From Narcine bancroftii (lineage: Eukaryota): a stretch of 64,000 nucleotides of DNA. The translations under genes were made by a program, and so were the position numbers. Of this stretch, positions 26,995 through 39,850 are shown piece by piece. The stretch is taken from contig NC_091475.1 in the NCBI RefSeq assembly GCF_036971445.1, forward strand, positions 5,642,001 through 5,706,000, read 5' to 3'. The notes under the pieces are model-generated. The model worked only from the letters and a program-made list of their open reading frames with translations, searched no databases and was not told the DNA's origin. How positions within the stretch are numbered: position 1 is the stretch's first letter; each line of letters begins with the position of its first letter.

Positions 26995-27430
26995 CCCCTC
27001 CCTCCCCCCTCCCTCCTCCTGGTCCCCATCCCTCTCCATTCCCAAACCTCCCTCCTGGTCCCCATCCCTCCCTCCTGGTCTCCGTCCCCATCTCTCTCCC
27101 ACCCCATCCCTCCCTCCTGGTCCCCATTCCTCTCCCTCCCCATCCCTCCCTCCTGGTCCCCATCCCTCTCCCTCCCCATCCCTCCCTCCTGGTCCCCATC
27201 CCCATCCCTCCCCGTCCCTCCCTCCTGGTCCCCATCCCTCTCCATTCCCAGCCCTCTCCTGCTCCCCATCCCTCTCCATTCCCATCCCTCCCTCCTGGTT
27301 CCCGTCCCCTCCTGGTCCCCATCCCTCTCCCTCCCCATCCCTCCATCCTGGTCCCCATCCCTCTCCATTCCTATCCCTCCCTCCTGGCCTCCCTCTCCAT
27401 CCCCGTCCCCATCCCTCTCTGCCCCTCTCC
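26995..27430. repeat. Pyrimidine-rich ~33 bp minisatellite in TXNL4B intron 1
   Basis: Recurrent CCTCCTGGTCCCCATCCCTCTCCCTCCCCATCC units. Confidence 0.85.
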
Positions 27431-27764
27431 GTTCCTTGTGCACCCACCCTGTGAAATTCTGAATGGCGCGTGCCAACCGGGCCGCTTTGGGCAGCTTTTC
27501 CCAGGCTAGGGGCTTATCCCATCAGCAGGTGGTTGGACGAGTGGATCAGTCGGCCTGGGACAACAAGGCAGAGTCACAGAGAGAGAGAGAGAGAGATTGG
27601 TTGCTATGAGGCAACGTAATTGGAGTATTTTGGGTTCATTCAAGAGGCAGATAATTGGGAAGGAACTCCTTGTATCCAGTGATGAAGGATCTCATACTCA
27701 TTAATTTTCTCCTGATGAGAAGTGGGGGGGGGGGGGTGAAGAAAATGTAGACAAGTGGATCTCT

Positions 27765-27972
27765 ACCTTCTCTTTCCACCCACATCCCACTTTAAATAAT
27801 CCCTATGCCATCAGTGCTCTTTTATTAGTAAGGGATGGCTTAAGGTGGGATGTGAGTGGGAAGGGAAGGTTGAGAATCACTGCTCTAGACCCAATTGTTA
27901 CTGAAATATTTGGCTTGTCATTGGCCCATTTCCTTTGGAGTAACAAAACAGTTCACATAACGAGTCAATGAG
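27765..27972. mobile_element. Partial copy of the dimeric hAT-like MITE
   Basis: One arm plus spacer, matching ~38520-38745. Confidence 0.75.
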
Positions 27973-28351
27973 GAAGACAGTGGGCTTTGCTCCTCAAGTA
28001 TATAAACCAGCAACGTGGCCTTACTGACAATGACAGATTGTTTATTGTCCTGACATCCAGCTAGAAGTCTTTCTTCAGTATTTATTGATAGAGATCTTGC
28101 CTACAATGGTGGTGTCATCCACAAAGTTATAGATGGAGTTGGAGCCATCTTTGGCAGTGCAGTTGTGGGTGTACAGGGGGAACAGTAGGGGACTGAGTAC
28201 ATGGCCTCGTGGTCCCCCAGTGTTGATGATGATCGTGGAGGATATGCTGTCATCAATCCTTACTGATTGCAACCTGCAGAATCAAATCCAATTGCACAGA
28301 GTGCTGCTGAGATGAACATAATGTAGCTTGGGGATTAGTTTGTTGGTTGGG

Positions 28352-28927
28352 TGGCTCCTAGAATGCTTCCACCAGCGTTGTCTCCGCTCCATCCTCAACA
28401 TTCACTGGAGCGACTTCATTCCTAACATCGAAGTACTCGAGATGGCAGAGGCCGACAGCATCGAATCCACGCTGTTGAAGATCCAACTGCGCTGGGTAGG
28501 TCACGTCTCCAGAATGGAGGACCATCGCCTTCCCAAGATCATGTTATATGGCGAGCTCTCCACTGGCCACCGTGACAGAGGTGCACCAAAGAAGAGGTAC
28601 AAGGACTGCCTAAAGAAATCTCTTGGTGCCTGCCACATTGACCACCACCAGTGGGCTGATATCGCCTCAAACCGTGCATCTTGGCGCCTCACAGTTCGGC
28701 GGGCAGCAACCTCCTTTGAAGAAGACTACAGAGCCCACCTCACTGACAAAAGACAAAGGAGGAAAAACCCAACACCCAACCAACCAATTTTCCCCTGCAA
28801 CCGCTGCAACCGTGTCTGCCTGTCCCGCATCGGACTTGTCAGCCACAAACGAGCCTGCAGCTGATGTGGACATTTACCCCTCCATAAATCTTCGTCCGCG
28901 AAGCCAAGCCAAAGAAAAGAAAGAAAG
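28352..28927 (+). mobile_element. RTE-clade (BovB-like) LINE 3' end, open frame
   Basis: FHQRCLRSILNIHWSDFIPNIEVL...QLRWVGHVSRMEDHRLPKIMLYGEL...CNRCNRVCLSRIGLVSH; (AAAG)n tail. Confidence 0.9.
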
Positions 28928-29112
28928 ATACTATTGTGTTGAAAGTGGATCTATAGGTGATAAATAATAGTTTGATGTAGGTGCCCTTGTTGTCCAGATG
29001 TTCCAGGGTTGAGTGCAGGGCCAGTGAGATCACTTCAGTTATGAATTTATTTCAGTGGAATGTGAATTAGAGTGGGTCACTGGTAGGCTGTAATTAATGT
29101 GAGCCTTGACTT

Positions 29113-29243
29113 TTTTTTTAAATTTTTTATTTTTCACACCATAAATCACATTAGCCATGATATACACTATTTCTTTTTCACACATATACAGTGACTTTTT
29201 CTCCCCCCCCCTCCTCCCAAGCCACCCCCCCACCCCCCCCCCC
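29113..29243 (-). mobile_element. 5'-truncated L1-clade tail
   Basis: Poly-T start; TSD GAGCCTTGACTT at 29101 and 29244. Confidence 0.85.
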
Positions 29244-30349
29244 GAGCCTTGACTTCTTGAAGAATTTCATGAGGGTGGTTGTCAGAGCCACTGGGCAATA
29301 ATCATTTAGGCATTACTGTACTCTTCGGCACTGGAATGTTTGTAATCTTCTTGAAGCAGGTGAGAACTTCAGCCTGCTGGAAAGAGAGGTTGAAGATGTC
29401 AGTGAATACGGCTGCTAGTCTGCGTAGGCACAGAGGACATGTCCAGGAACTCCGTCTGGTCTAGTTGCTCTCCGTGGGTTCAGTCACTGGAAGGCCGATG
29501 GGCCAGCTGTGTCAGTGAGCTTAGGAGAACTGGCCTCTTGCTCATTATGAGAATAGAAATCATTGAGCTCAACTGGGAGGTATACACTGTTGTTGACTCT
29601 TCTCCTGGTTTTGCTTGGAGCTTGTAATAGCAAGCATAAACATCCAGAAGTCTGTGAGGTTTGTCTGGGACTCCAGTTTGGTTCAACACTGCTTCTTGGT
29701 ATCTCTGATGCTCTTGTGCAGGTCATACCTGAGTTTCTAGTATAAGGCTGGGTTGCCTGACTTGTTCTAGCCTTGACTAGCGAGTGTACCTTGCCATGCA
29801 GTCATAGTTTCCAGCTAGGGACACACAGATTATTTTTGACCTGCCATCTTCTACACACTTGCTGGTGAAATCAGTGCCAGTAGTGTTGTATTCATTTAAA
29901 ATTGGTCACTGAATCCTTGAATACAGATCAGTCTACTTACTCAAAGCAGACGCATGGGACATTTTCTCAGTCCAACCGGATCTTCATGCCTCAGATTCTG
30001 CTTATAGGCAAGTCGGTGATCTGATTTGTCAAAGTGTGTTTGTGGGACAGAGCAGCAGTTGTTTTTTGGGGTGACTAGTGGGTCAGGTGATGTGCTAGTG
30101 GAATTCTGGCAGCATAATCTTGAGGCATGAATGGTTAAATCTCCACAGTTTTGGGGTGTTTAGTTTCAAGGCTGTTGATGAAGGATAATAATATATCCAG
30201 TGTTAGTTTCATGTTGATCTGGGATAGGATGTAGACTGCTGTCAGTATGGCTGATATAAAGTTGTACTTTATGGTTTATAATTAGATATTTCAGAACCGG
30301 GGTGTGGGAACTTGTCAGGACTACTATGACTGAGCACCATGCAGTGTTG

Positions 30350-31060
30350 ATGGGGAAATCCAACCCAGGAAGGGAAATCCAGCGGTGTACATTCCAGTGA
30401 TCCTTGGGGGATCAGAGGTGGAGAGGGTGATCAAATTTAAGTTCTTGGGAGTCTCTATCTTCGAGGATCTTTCCTGGACCCAACACAGAAATGGCATCGT
30501 GAAGAAAGCACGTCAGCGCCTCTACTTCCTCAGGAGCTTTGATATGACATCAGAAACTCTGGCAAATTTTGACAGATGTGTGGTGAAAAGCGTGCTGGTA
30601 TGGGGACACGAATACCTCTGAGCATAAAGCTCTGCAAAAGGTTATGGACACAACCCAGGACATCACAGGTAAAACACTCCCCACCATTGAGAACGTCTAT
30701 AGGGAACGCAGCCATCGGAGAGCAGTAACAATCATCAAGGATCCACATCACTCAGCACGTGCTCTATTCTTGCTGCAATCACTGGGGAAAGAAGTATGGA
30801 TGCCACAAGATTCGCACCACCAGGTTCAGGAATAACTATTACCCCTTCACCATCAGACTCCTCAACGACAAACTCAATCAGGGACTCATTTGCACTTTAT
30901 CGATTTTTTTCCTTTCTGTATTGCACAGTCAATTTGTTTAAATGTCTTTATTTGTTGAGTATTATTTTTGTACGACCAATAAATGATAATTCTGCCTTTC
31001 CTGCAGGAAAAAGAATCTTAGGGTTGAATATACTTAGGGTATGTACTCTGACAAGAAATC
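30350..31060 (+). mobile_element. Rex1/Babar-like LINE 3' end
   Basis: VERVIKFKFLGVSIFEDLSWT...VKKARQRLYFLR; IIKDPHH; RTTRFRNNYYPFTIRLLN. Confidence 0.85.
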
Positions 31061-32412
31061 CTGAAATCAAATCATAAATGGAAATTTGCCTTTTGCTTTT
31101 CCTGTGAACACTGTGTTGTCCAACTGGCATGTTCTCAAGTTCTCTGGTTGAATAACATGATCAGAGTGGAAGGTGACTGAAAATCCAGAATCATCAGAAA
31201 ATAATTATCCTATCATTTATGCCATCCTGCTGTGTACAGATGTTTGTCCATATATTTCAAAACTGATTGGTTACTTATGAATATTTGAGGGTTATTGACA
31301 CAAGGCAGCACATTCATGAGATGCCCAACTCCCAGCTTCATTTGGAGAAACGGTTCTGGCTGAAAATGTTGACCATTTTTTCTTTCAGTGATGCTCAGCC
31401 AACAGAGTTCCTCCAGCAGACTGTATTTAGACCTATTTATCAGTCTACATTGGTTCCTGGAAGTGATAAAGCCTAAATGTATTCCAACTCTTCTCTACCT
31501 GTCACCTTTCTCAGCTCATAGCCCTCTAGGATCCTTATACTTCGCAAGACTGTCTGATTATACATCCTGAGATTGACTGGGCAATGGATATTAAGGAAAT
31601 CAAAGGACCCAGGAATAGTCGAAGAAAACTAAGACTAGATAGAAGCTCAGTCATGATCTTAACAAATGCCAACATCAACTCAGAAATCCAAATGTGTTAC
31701 TGCTCACCCTTAGATATTTACATTTTTTTAAAAAAAAAAGGAATTAAAGGATATGGGGAAAAGTCAATGATCAGATCAGCCAGGATCTCATTGAATGGCG
31801 GAGGAGGCTCGACGGGCCGGATAACCCAACTCCTGCTCCTAGTTCTTATGTTCTTATTATGATTTGGCGTCATCTTTTGTTTAGTATCAATCTTAGAAAA
31901 CCCTGCAACATTTTACTGTGGTAATGAAATAACGTGTCATTGCTATTAATGCAAATATTGGGCTATGATTTACCAAATAATCCAACATTAGTTGAACTTG
32001 TTTTTTGAGGGTTATATTAAGCCATGCAAATGAACGGTGCTTGGTTCAAGGATATTGATGGAACATTATCCCAGAAAGTAGTAAAACATGAAAGTCTGCA
32101 GACAGTGTAATTGATGTAAAAACACAATGCTGGAGTATTTTTATTTTATCAACTGCTAAGCATTCCATCAAACTGATTAAATATATACATTCGCACACAC
32201 GTACACAGATGGGTATGAATCTCTAAGCCTATTTTTCTATTAGTTCATGCTATGTTTTCCTTTCTTTTTGAGAATATACATTTCAAAAACATTTTCCCTT
32301 GCTCTAAGGAGAGGGCAATGAATTGATTGATGATGGACATTGTTTATGAAGTAAATGTATCACTTCCAATAAGTGCATAACATCAGATTTTATTTTCTCA
32401 TTGTTTTGGTAG

Positions 32413-32564
32413 CTTTCAAAGACTACACATGATTTGAGTAAAATGGCAGCCATTTACCTGGTGGATGTTGACAGTGTGCCGATATATACTCGCTACTTTG
32501 ACATCAGCTACATTCCTTCTACAGTGTTCTTCTTCAATGGCCAACACATGAAGGTGGATTATGG
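32413..32564 (+). CDS. TXNL4B: TXNL4B coding exon 2
   Basis: LSKTTHDLSKMAAIYLVDVDSVPIYTRYFDISYIPSTVFFFNGQHMKVDYG; tag acceptor, gtaaga donor; 152 nt. Confidence 0.95.
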
Positions 32565-33031
32565 GTAAGATATTCACGACAATTAAAATATAAAAACTCC
32601 TCAATATTGTCTTCAAAGCATCCAATATCTGTACTTGTCCACTGCTTTTCTTTATTAACATGTTACCCTGGCTACCAATGACATTCAAAATTTTCTTCAA
32701 CACATTTTTATGAGCGTCCCTTATCCCTTATTGTTTTTTTGATGTAACCACACTATCCTGTGTGATAGATTCCACCAGAAGTTTAATAACCAGGTTGATG
32801 ATTGCATTCCTCTTATCTACCACAGTTTCAGCCTGACAGTTTGCAACCTTGGTGTCCAGTCTGAGTCCAAACAGTTTCTTTGTCCCCTTAATTCTCTCAA
32901 AGGCCTATCTATTTCTGCCTCTAACATTGTCTGTTTTCATCTGTCGACTCCTTCACCTGCTGCTAAAACTCTCATCCAGTTCAAACTTGACTATTCCATT
33001 GGCTCCTGAATAGCCCTTGCATCCTTTATCC

Positions 33032-33400
33032 CAGTGGTTCTCAACCTTTTTTCTTTCCACTCACATACCACTTTAACTATTCCCTATGCCATCGGTGCTC
33101 TATGGTTAGTAAGGGATTGCTTAAGGTAGTATGTGGGTGGAAAGGAAAAGTTTGAAAACCACTATTTTAATCGTACCCAATTGACTCGTTATGTGCACAA
33201 ACTCCAAAGGAAATGGGCCAATGACAATCTTTTTCAAGCAAAATGTTTCAGTAACAATTGAGTCTAGAGCAGTGATTCTCAACCTTCCCTTCCCACTCAC
33301 ATCTCACCTTAAGCAATCCCTTACTAATCGCAGAGCACCAATGGTATAGGGATTACTTAAAGTGGGATGTGAGCGGAAAGAAAAAGGTTGAGAACCATTG
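33032..33400. mobile_element. Complete dimeric hAT/Charlie-like MITE
   Basis: Outer TIRs CAGTGGTTCTCAACC...GGTTGAGAACCATTG; inner TIR pair at ~33160 and ~33270; degenerate 8-bp TSD CTTTATCC/CTCTTTCC. Confidence 0.85.
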
Positions 33401-33822
33401 CTCTTTCCCTTGTCTCCTTCAGCATAATCTTATCAGAAATTCCCCTTGTGGCCCCACCCTAACTTTGTGTGAAAATCGTGATCAATTTCTTTACTCCAAC
33501 CTTTGCTTTATAAATCCCAAGTTTAAATTGTTCTGATTCTGTCTTAAGTGCACTAAGCCTTATCTTTCTCTCCTTGTGCTCCATCACCAGGTGCTTATAT
33601 TTCTGGGAAGTGCTTTGAAACAATTATTTTCTGATAAATTTATAACATTTGGGGAAAAGGTACAGGAGCCTAAAGACGAGCACTCAGCGGCACAAGGACA
33701 GCTTCTTCGCCACTGCCATCAGATTCCAGAATGATCAATGATCCAAAGACATGGCCTCACTTTTCATGCCCTGTTATTATTATTATTTTATTTTATAGTA
33801 ATGTCGTAAGATGGTTATAATA

Positions 33823-34364
33823 CAGGTGCCTAACCTTTTTTCCGGGATCGTCAGGACCAGATACCTGCCATTGTTCGGAATCATTTTGATTTCCGTCCCT
33901 TTAAGCCCACCCGTCCAAGTCGCGATGCCGTCTCCACCCTCTTCCTTGCCTGGCCAAGTTGCGCTGTTGTCTCTCCCCCTCGCCCGACTGAATCACGCTG
34001 CTGACTCTCTCTCTTCCCAGCTCCCTGCTGTACCAGCGCCAGGGGAATGGCCCCACTTCTCGGTTCCCCTGCGCTGGCGCTGGTACAGTAGTTTCAGCTG
34101 CATGGGAGATTATGGGTAGCGACCATTGAACCGCCGCAGGGCAGACTGAAAGCACCACAATGCTGGACTGGTGTCCGTATAGGCTATTCAGAGGTGCTTA
34201 TAGAGGAACGCGAAGGGATACACGGGAGTTGAGCGAGGGTCACGTTGGATCATGTTTGGCACCAAACTCTATCTTTGATGAGCAGATGTCATCTACCGAA
34301 AAAATAGTGCCAATTTTTGGAGGTTGCTGGTATTCCGAATTCTGGATAAAAGGTTGGACACCTG
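33823..34364. mobile_element. Tigger/pogo-like MITE in TXNL4B intron 2
   Basis: TIRs CAGGTGCCTAACCTTTT...AAAAGGTTGGACACCTG with TA on both flanks. Confidence 0.75.
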
Positions 34365-34508
34365 TATGTATGTTTCCACGATGACACCGCTTTTCATTAC
34401 TTTCTCGTGACAAGAAATCCTGATTCTGATTCTAAATGCAAATTCTTCAGTTTTATTGGTTGTAAATTGTGAATGCAGTAGCACAATCAAATCATTTACT
34501 TTTTTCAG

Positions 34509-34674
34509 GTCTCCAGACCATACAAAGTTTGTTGGATGTTTCAAAACAAAGCAAGACTTCATAGATCTAATTGAAGTAATATATCGTGGAGCAATGCGTG
34601 GAAAACTAATAGTACACAGCCCTATTGATCCAAGGAACATCCCAAAGTATGATCTCCTTTATCATGGCATCTGA
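34509..34674 (+). CDS. TXNL4B: TXNL4B coding exon 3
   Basis: [54 protein letters not shown]; exons sum to 450 nt = 149 aa + stop. Confidence 0.96.
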
Positions 34675-34808
34675 ATGTACCAGCTGGCTGCTGTACTTTA
34701 CATTTACATCACAAGGATAACTTCCAATTTCTTGTTATTTTTAATTAAACGTTCTCCAAACTTTGAGAAACTTGTAGGTTTTGGTAAAATACTCATCTAG
34801 GTCATACA

Positions 34809-34814
34809 AATAAA
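34809..34814 (+). terminator. Candidate TXNL4B polyadenylation signal
   Basis: First AATAAA after the stop codon. Confidence 0.45.
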
Positions 34815-36884
34815 AAGCAACTTCCAGGGCAGAAAACATTTTGCAGAGCTCCTGATGCACCGTCATTTGGTATTTCCCAATTCCAGAGCTCCAGGTTTCA
34901 GCTCATCGCCGAAGCTGCTGCCGTAAGCTGGAGAAATCTTTGGATCTTTGGAGAAATGACTTTCGTACGGTGACTATTTTGAATTTGATGAGAATTTTCT
35001 TGTCAGCACATTTCTTCTTTCTTCTTGAAAAGCAAACAAAAAAAAAACTACAGATGGTGGAACTCTGAAATAAAATGGAGTTGGTCAGTCAGCATCTGTG
35101 GAAAAGAAACACAGTGAATGTTACGGATAGGTGACTGATTATTCATCAGAATTGTCTAGCTCTGATGCTGAACTGAAAAGGCTGGTGATATAACATTGTT
35201 TAATTAATATTAAGACCCATAGTGATCATGTGACATGTTGGAAGGTAAGATTTTTATTTCTCAGCTCAAGTAGCCAAAGATAGAGGTTGAAGTCGAAGTG
35301 AGGCTGAGGGGAGTCAGAGAACTAAAGTGACAGACAATTGTGGATTAAACAGAGGTGCTCTGTAAAGTCGTCATACAGCTGCATTTGATTCCTGCAGTAG
35401 AGAGAAGACCACATTTAGGCATTGCGTACAGTGTATTAAATTGGAAATAAAGCACAAATAAATCACTGCTTCACCTAGAAGGAGTATACGAGTCCTCTGG
35501 ATGGGGAAGAAGAGAAGAGTTAAACAAGCTGGCGTTACATGTCCTGCAGGTGCTGTGAGAAAGGGAGGTGAAAGAGTGGACCAGGAAGGTACAAAGGGAA
35601 TAGTCCCTTTGGAATGTTGGAATTGGGGAGAAGAGAAAGTCAATCCAGTGATGGCATTATATTCAAGGTTCAGAGATTACATTGTAGAGTAAAATCCATT
35701 GTATCTGGCACCTTGGGGAAATAGTAGATGCTGGATAAGCAAGTTTTCTGGTTGCTTGAGACTCACTCTATCAATGCCTAACCAATACACCTATATTGAA
35801 TAAAGAATTTAAAAGACAAAAATACTACACTGTACTTACCCTGAACAAACTTCACTTACATGAATATATAAACCTTAAAGAATTTTACTTTATTTTCAGT
35901 CACATTCTTTGAAAACATTTAACTGTCATTGTAGCTCCGAAAGACAAACAATATTATAGATAATTAACCCCCCCCCCCCTCTTTATCTGCAGATAAAGCC
36001 TTACTAATATACTTAACAATATACTAATAAAGATAAGCAGGGATAAGGAGACACTTTAAGAGAGTAACCCCAACGGCGAGCAGCATCAATCAGCTCTTCA
36101 TTCTGGGCAACACCATTTTATTCAAACACAACTTTATTCAAACAGTTGCTACAAGCAAAGCATGACCATCTTCACCAAAGATTTATGTTTTACTTCAGAG
36201 GTCCTTTACTTTTATAAATTTAAACTTTTATTTAATTTTTTATTTCTTATTAATTTCAATGCTATTTAGTTATTTATTTTTCTAGAGTTTTGTTGCCGGT
36301 TGCTTCAATTCTGGATATTATATATTATCTTTTAAATGTGAAGACTGGTAAGGTGGAAGGAAAGGGAGGAAAAGTTGTTAGAACAGGTGAACGAAGTGAA
36401 ACAAGTACATTGAGGGTCCTGTGTTTTCATGTATCTCCAGACAGATCAATTACAGTTAGCAAGGCTTCAACACCCTTGTAGCCAGCATCATTATTCATGT
36501 CATTTGGTCTCTGTTGTTGACATTCTCACCCATTTCCCTCTGAAACTCAAAACATAATGGATTTCCAACTGTTCCCAGAACTGATGAATAGTCATCTATC
36601 TAGAATATTTATCTATCCAGTTGCAACCTGGCTTGCTGAGTAATTCCAGCATTCATTTTTCTGGTTTTATTGTCCCTATTTTTACGTAACTCCTATAAGC
36701 TGAAATGCAAAGAATATGCATAAAAGTTGCATTAAGTTGAAAGAGAAATTGTGTAAGGAAACTAAAATTGTTCTAAATTACCACGTATTATCAAGCTGGT
36801 AAGAAGTGTCTAGTCCCCGCTATTTTGAGCTTATGGGCAAGTGATTTTTCTAAAAATGTACGTGGCACGGGGCGTAACGTTGGT

Positions 36885-37125
36885 GTATGGTTGGCATAGT
36901 GGTTAGCGCAACGCCTTTACAGCACTAGTGATTGGGACTGGAGTCCGTAAGGAGTTTGTAAGTTCTCCTTGTGTCCTCGTCTCCTCGTGTCTGCGTGGGT
37001 TTGCCCAGGGGGGGGCTCTGGTTTTTTCCCACCATTTGAAACCTGGGGATGTAGGTTAGTTGAATGTAAATTGGGCAGCACAGACTTGTGGGCTGAAATG
37101 GCCTGTTACTGTGCTGTATGTCTAC
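36885..37125 (+). mobile_element. SINE-like element
   Basis: tRNA-like head GGCATAGTGGTTAGCGCAACGCCTTTACAGC; related reverse-complement copy at ~63565-63790. Confidence 0.6.
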
Positions 37126-38514
37126 ATATAAAATTTAATATGTAAGCCCTTGACGTGTTCTTTGATGTGGAAATGCTTTGTTCTTGTTTAAGTCTCCAAT
37201 ACCACTTCAAGCACAGACCAAAGGTTAGGGTTCACTGTATCACAGGTCTTTGGTGAATTCAGATTTCTCCTTCAGTCTGATATTTGTAAATGACAGCTCA
37301 CATCTCTGGGTTGTTCATGTGGTGCTTGTACAATTGTGAAACAATGGCAATATGGTTATTGTTACATTGTGAACCTACTGGTTCAGAATCATTTAATCAC
37401 AGGATCCATTTCATTTTTTTTTCTGGAATATGCATTTTAGTTACTTAGGATTTGCTTGATTACAAATTTAAAACTGTGGAACACAGGGGCAAATAACGGG
37501 GGGAAAAAGTGTCTGTGCCAAACATTATGGAGGGCACTGTATGTATAGGACAATAAACTCACTTCGTATCTCATTCTGATGCATTTTGAGATGGTGGTCA
37601 GGGTTCGGGAAGTTGGAAGTGAGTTATTTTCCACAGGATTCCTTTACTTCTAACCTGCTCTTGTACCCACATGGCTGGTCAGTGGGGGTAACCCCAAGAA
37701 TATTGTGAAGCACAGAAATTTGCAGATGCTGTGATTGTAATAAAATGCGCAGAAATGCTGGAGGAACTCAGCCGGTCTTGCAGAATCCATAGTAGATAAA
37801 GATGTATATTACTGATGTTTTGGCCCTAAGCCCTTCTTGAAGGAATAAGCAAAGAACAGGCAGGCTTAAGGTTAAAGACTGTAGACTGGCTGGGGAAGCA
37901 CAGTGAAGGATTCAGTGATACTAATATCATTAAATGTCACGGGATTTTCAATTGTTAGTTGGGCTCTGGCTCTTGCATGGTACGAATGCTACTTGCTACC
38001 TTTCCTCCAGGCCTGTATATTGGCCAGGTCTTACTGCATTTGTTTGTGAACTGTTTTGTTATACGTGGAATGGTATTGAACATTGTGCATACATCGCAGA
38101 ACATCCTCACTTCTGACCTTTCAGTTGCAAGGTGCTTATTGATGATGGTTGTAACCAATTTTAGGATTCCAGGAGGAAGTCAGCTAGGCTTGGGGCCTTA
38201 GCTCCATCGGTTTCTTGATACAGGAATGTTCCTTTTGATATATTTTGAGAAATTCTTTACCATTCTTTATCTTCCTAGGCAGGTAGTCTTCTTAATTTAT
38301 TTTTCATCTTTTATACTCTCTTGTTTGATTCCCAACCTATCCCAATCTTAAGGTTTCCTTACACAATTTTAGTTTCCTTACACAATTTCTCTTTCAACTT
38401 AATACCCTCTAACTTCTGGCAGGTTTTTCCCTCCCTCAGAAACTTCCCTGAATTTTTGAGTGGATTTATTAATTACCTCCTCAATTTCTGCCACTACTGC
38501 TTTTTTCTGCTAAT

Positions 38515-39016
38515 TCTGGTCCTCAACCTTTTTCTTTCCCACTCACATCTCACTTTAAGTATTCCCTATGCCATCAGTGCTCTGTGATTAGTAAGGGATT
38601 GTTTAAGGTGGGATGTAAGTGGGAAGGGAAGATTGAGAATCACTGCTCTAGACCCAATTGTAACTGAAATATTTTGCTTGAGAAAAATTGTCATTGGCCC
38701 ATTTCCTTTGGAGTTATGAAACCATGCATATAACGAGTCAATGAGGTACGATTAAAACAGTGGTTTTCAATCTTTTTCTCCACTCACATACCACCTTAAG
38801 CAATCATGGGGGGGGGGGTGTGAGATTATTGGGTGGGGTGGGTGGAGGGATGGGGAAGTGGGGGGTGGGGAAGTTGCAAGTCCAGATGTGACCCAATGCA
38901 TAGGTGTGTGGTTGGCTTTGGCTTATTTGCTGAGAAGTTCCATGTATTCAGCTGCAGCAAACCTATAAACCCCCTTTGGAGTATGTGAGTGGAAAGAAAA
39001 AGGTTGAGGACCACTG
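38515..39016. mobile_element. Dimeric hAT-like MITE with a captured ~175 bp insert
   Basis: Reverse-orientation copy of 33032-33400; 38806-38980 replaces part of the second arm. Confidence 0.85.
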
Positions 39017-39111
39017 TGCTAAACTATCAGCCCAGTGAGCTTTCACCAATTTTCTTGTTGAAATTCTAATTCTCTTGATTTAAATTGTTTTATTTAAATT
39101 AAACAATTGTT

Positions 39112-39850
39112 TTGGCCTTCCATAGGGATCACTCCCTCCGCAACTCCCTCGTGCACTCATCCGTCCCCACCAATCACTCACCCCAGCACCTTTCCCTGTG
39201 GCCACAGGAGGTCCCACACTTAAACCCATACCTCCTCCCTCACCACAGTCTGGGACCCCAAAGAAGCCTTACAACTGAAGCAACACTTGTGTTACTGTAT
39301 CTGGTATCTGTGGCCTTCTCTACATCAGAGAGACTGGGCACAGACTGGGAGGTAGCTTCGCTGAGCACCTTTGCACTGTCTACACCAATAACCTCTCAGT
39401 TCTGCATCATACTTCCATACTCACATGTCTGTCCATGACCTTGTACTATCCCAGCAAGACCACCAGTAAATTGGAGGAGCAATGCCTGATCTTCTGTCTG
39501 GGCCCTCTCCAGCCAGATGGCATTAACATTGACTTTTCCGGTTTCTGCTAACCTGCTCTTCCTTCCCCTGTAGCTCTCTATTCACCCACCCATCCCTCCT
39601 CTCTTTGCTTGCTGCTGTGCCCTCCCTCCCTCCCTTCTCCACCTATCACCTGCCTTTGTGATCACCCCTCCCCTTACCCTTTCATTCAGACATCTGCTGA
39701 CATTTTTCCAAACCTTGATGAAGGACTCAAGCCCAAAATGTCAGTTATGTAATTTTTATCTTTGGGATGTAAAGCACACTCTTTGATCTGCTGAATTTCT
39801 CCAGCTTTGTGTTTTTACTTCAATGTCAGTGTCTGCAGACTTTGGTGTTT
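39112..39850 (+). mobile_element. Penelope-like element 3' remnant
   Basis: AFHRDHSLRNSLVHSS peptide and tail TGATGAAGGACTCAAGCCCAAAATGTC. Related tails at ~1940-2120, 8940-9020, 11450-11560, 21270-21620, 37710-37850 and 39975-40250. Confidence 0.6.

Larger units (their letters stand above)
28065..30150 (-). mobile_element. Degraded Rex1/Babar-like LINE carrying nested RTE and L1-tail insertions
   Basis: SVRIDDSISSTIIINTGGPRGHVLSPLLFPLYTHNC...NFVDDTTIVGKI and ISLALHSTLEHLDNKGTYIKLLF RT motifs. Confidence 0.75.

Noticed and set aside
26529-27509. 326-aa ORF with Pro-rich tail
   Set aside because: It is TXNL4B exon 1 read through its donor into an intronic minisatellite; only 26841-26972 is coding.
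36885-36960. tRNA gene
   Set aside because: Only an A-box-like head of a SINE; no complete cloverleaf.
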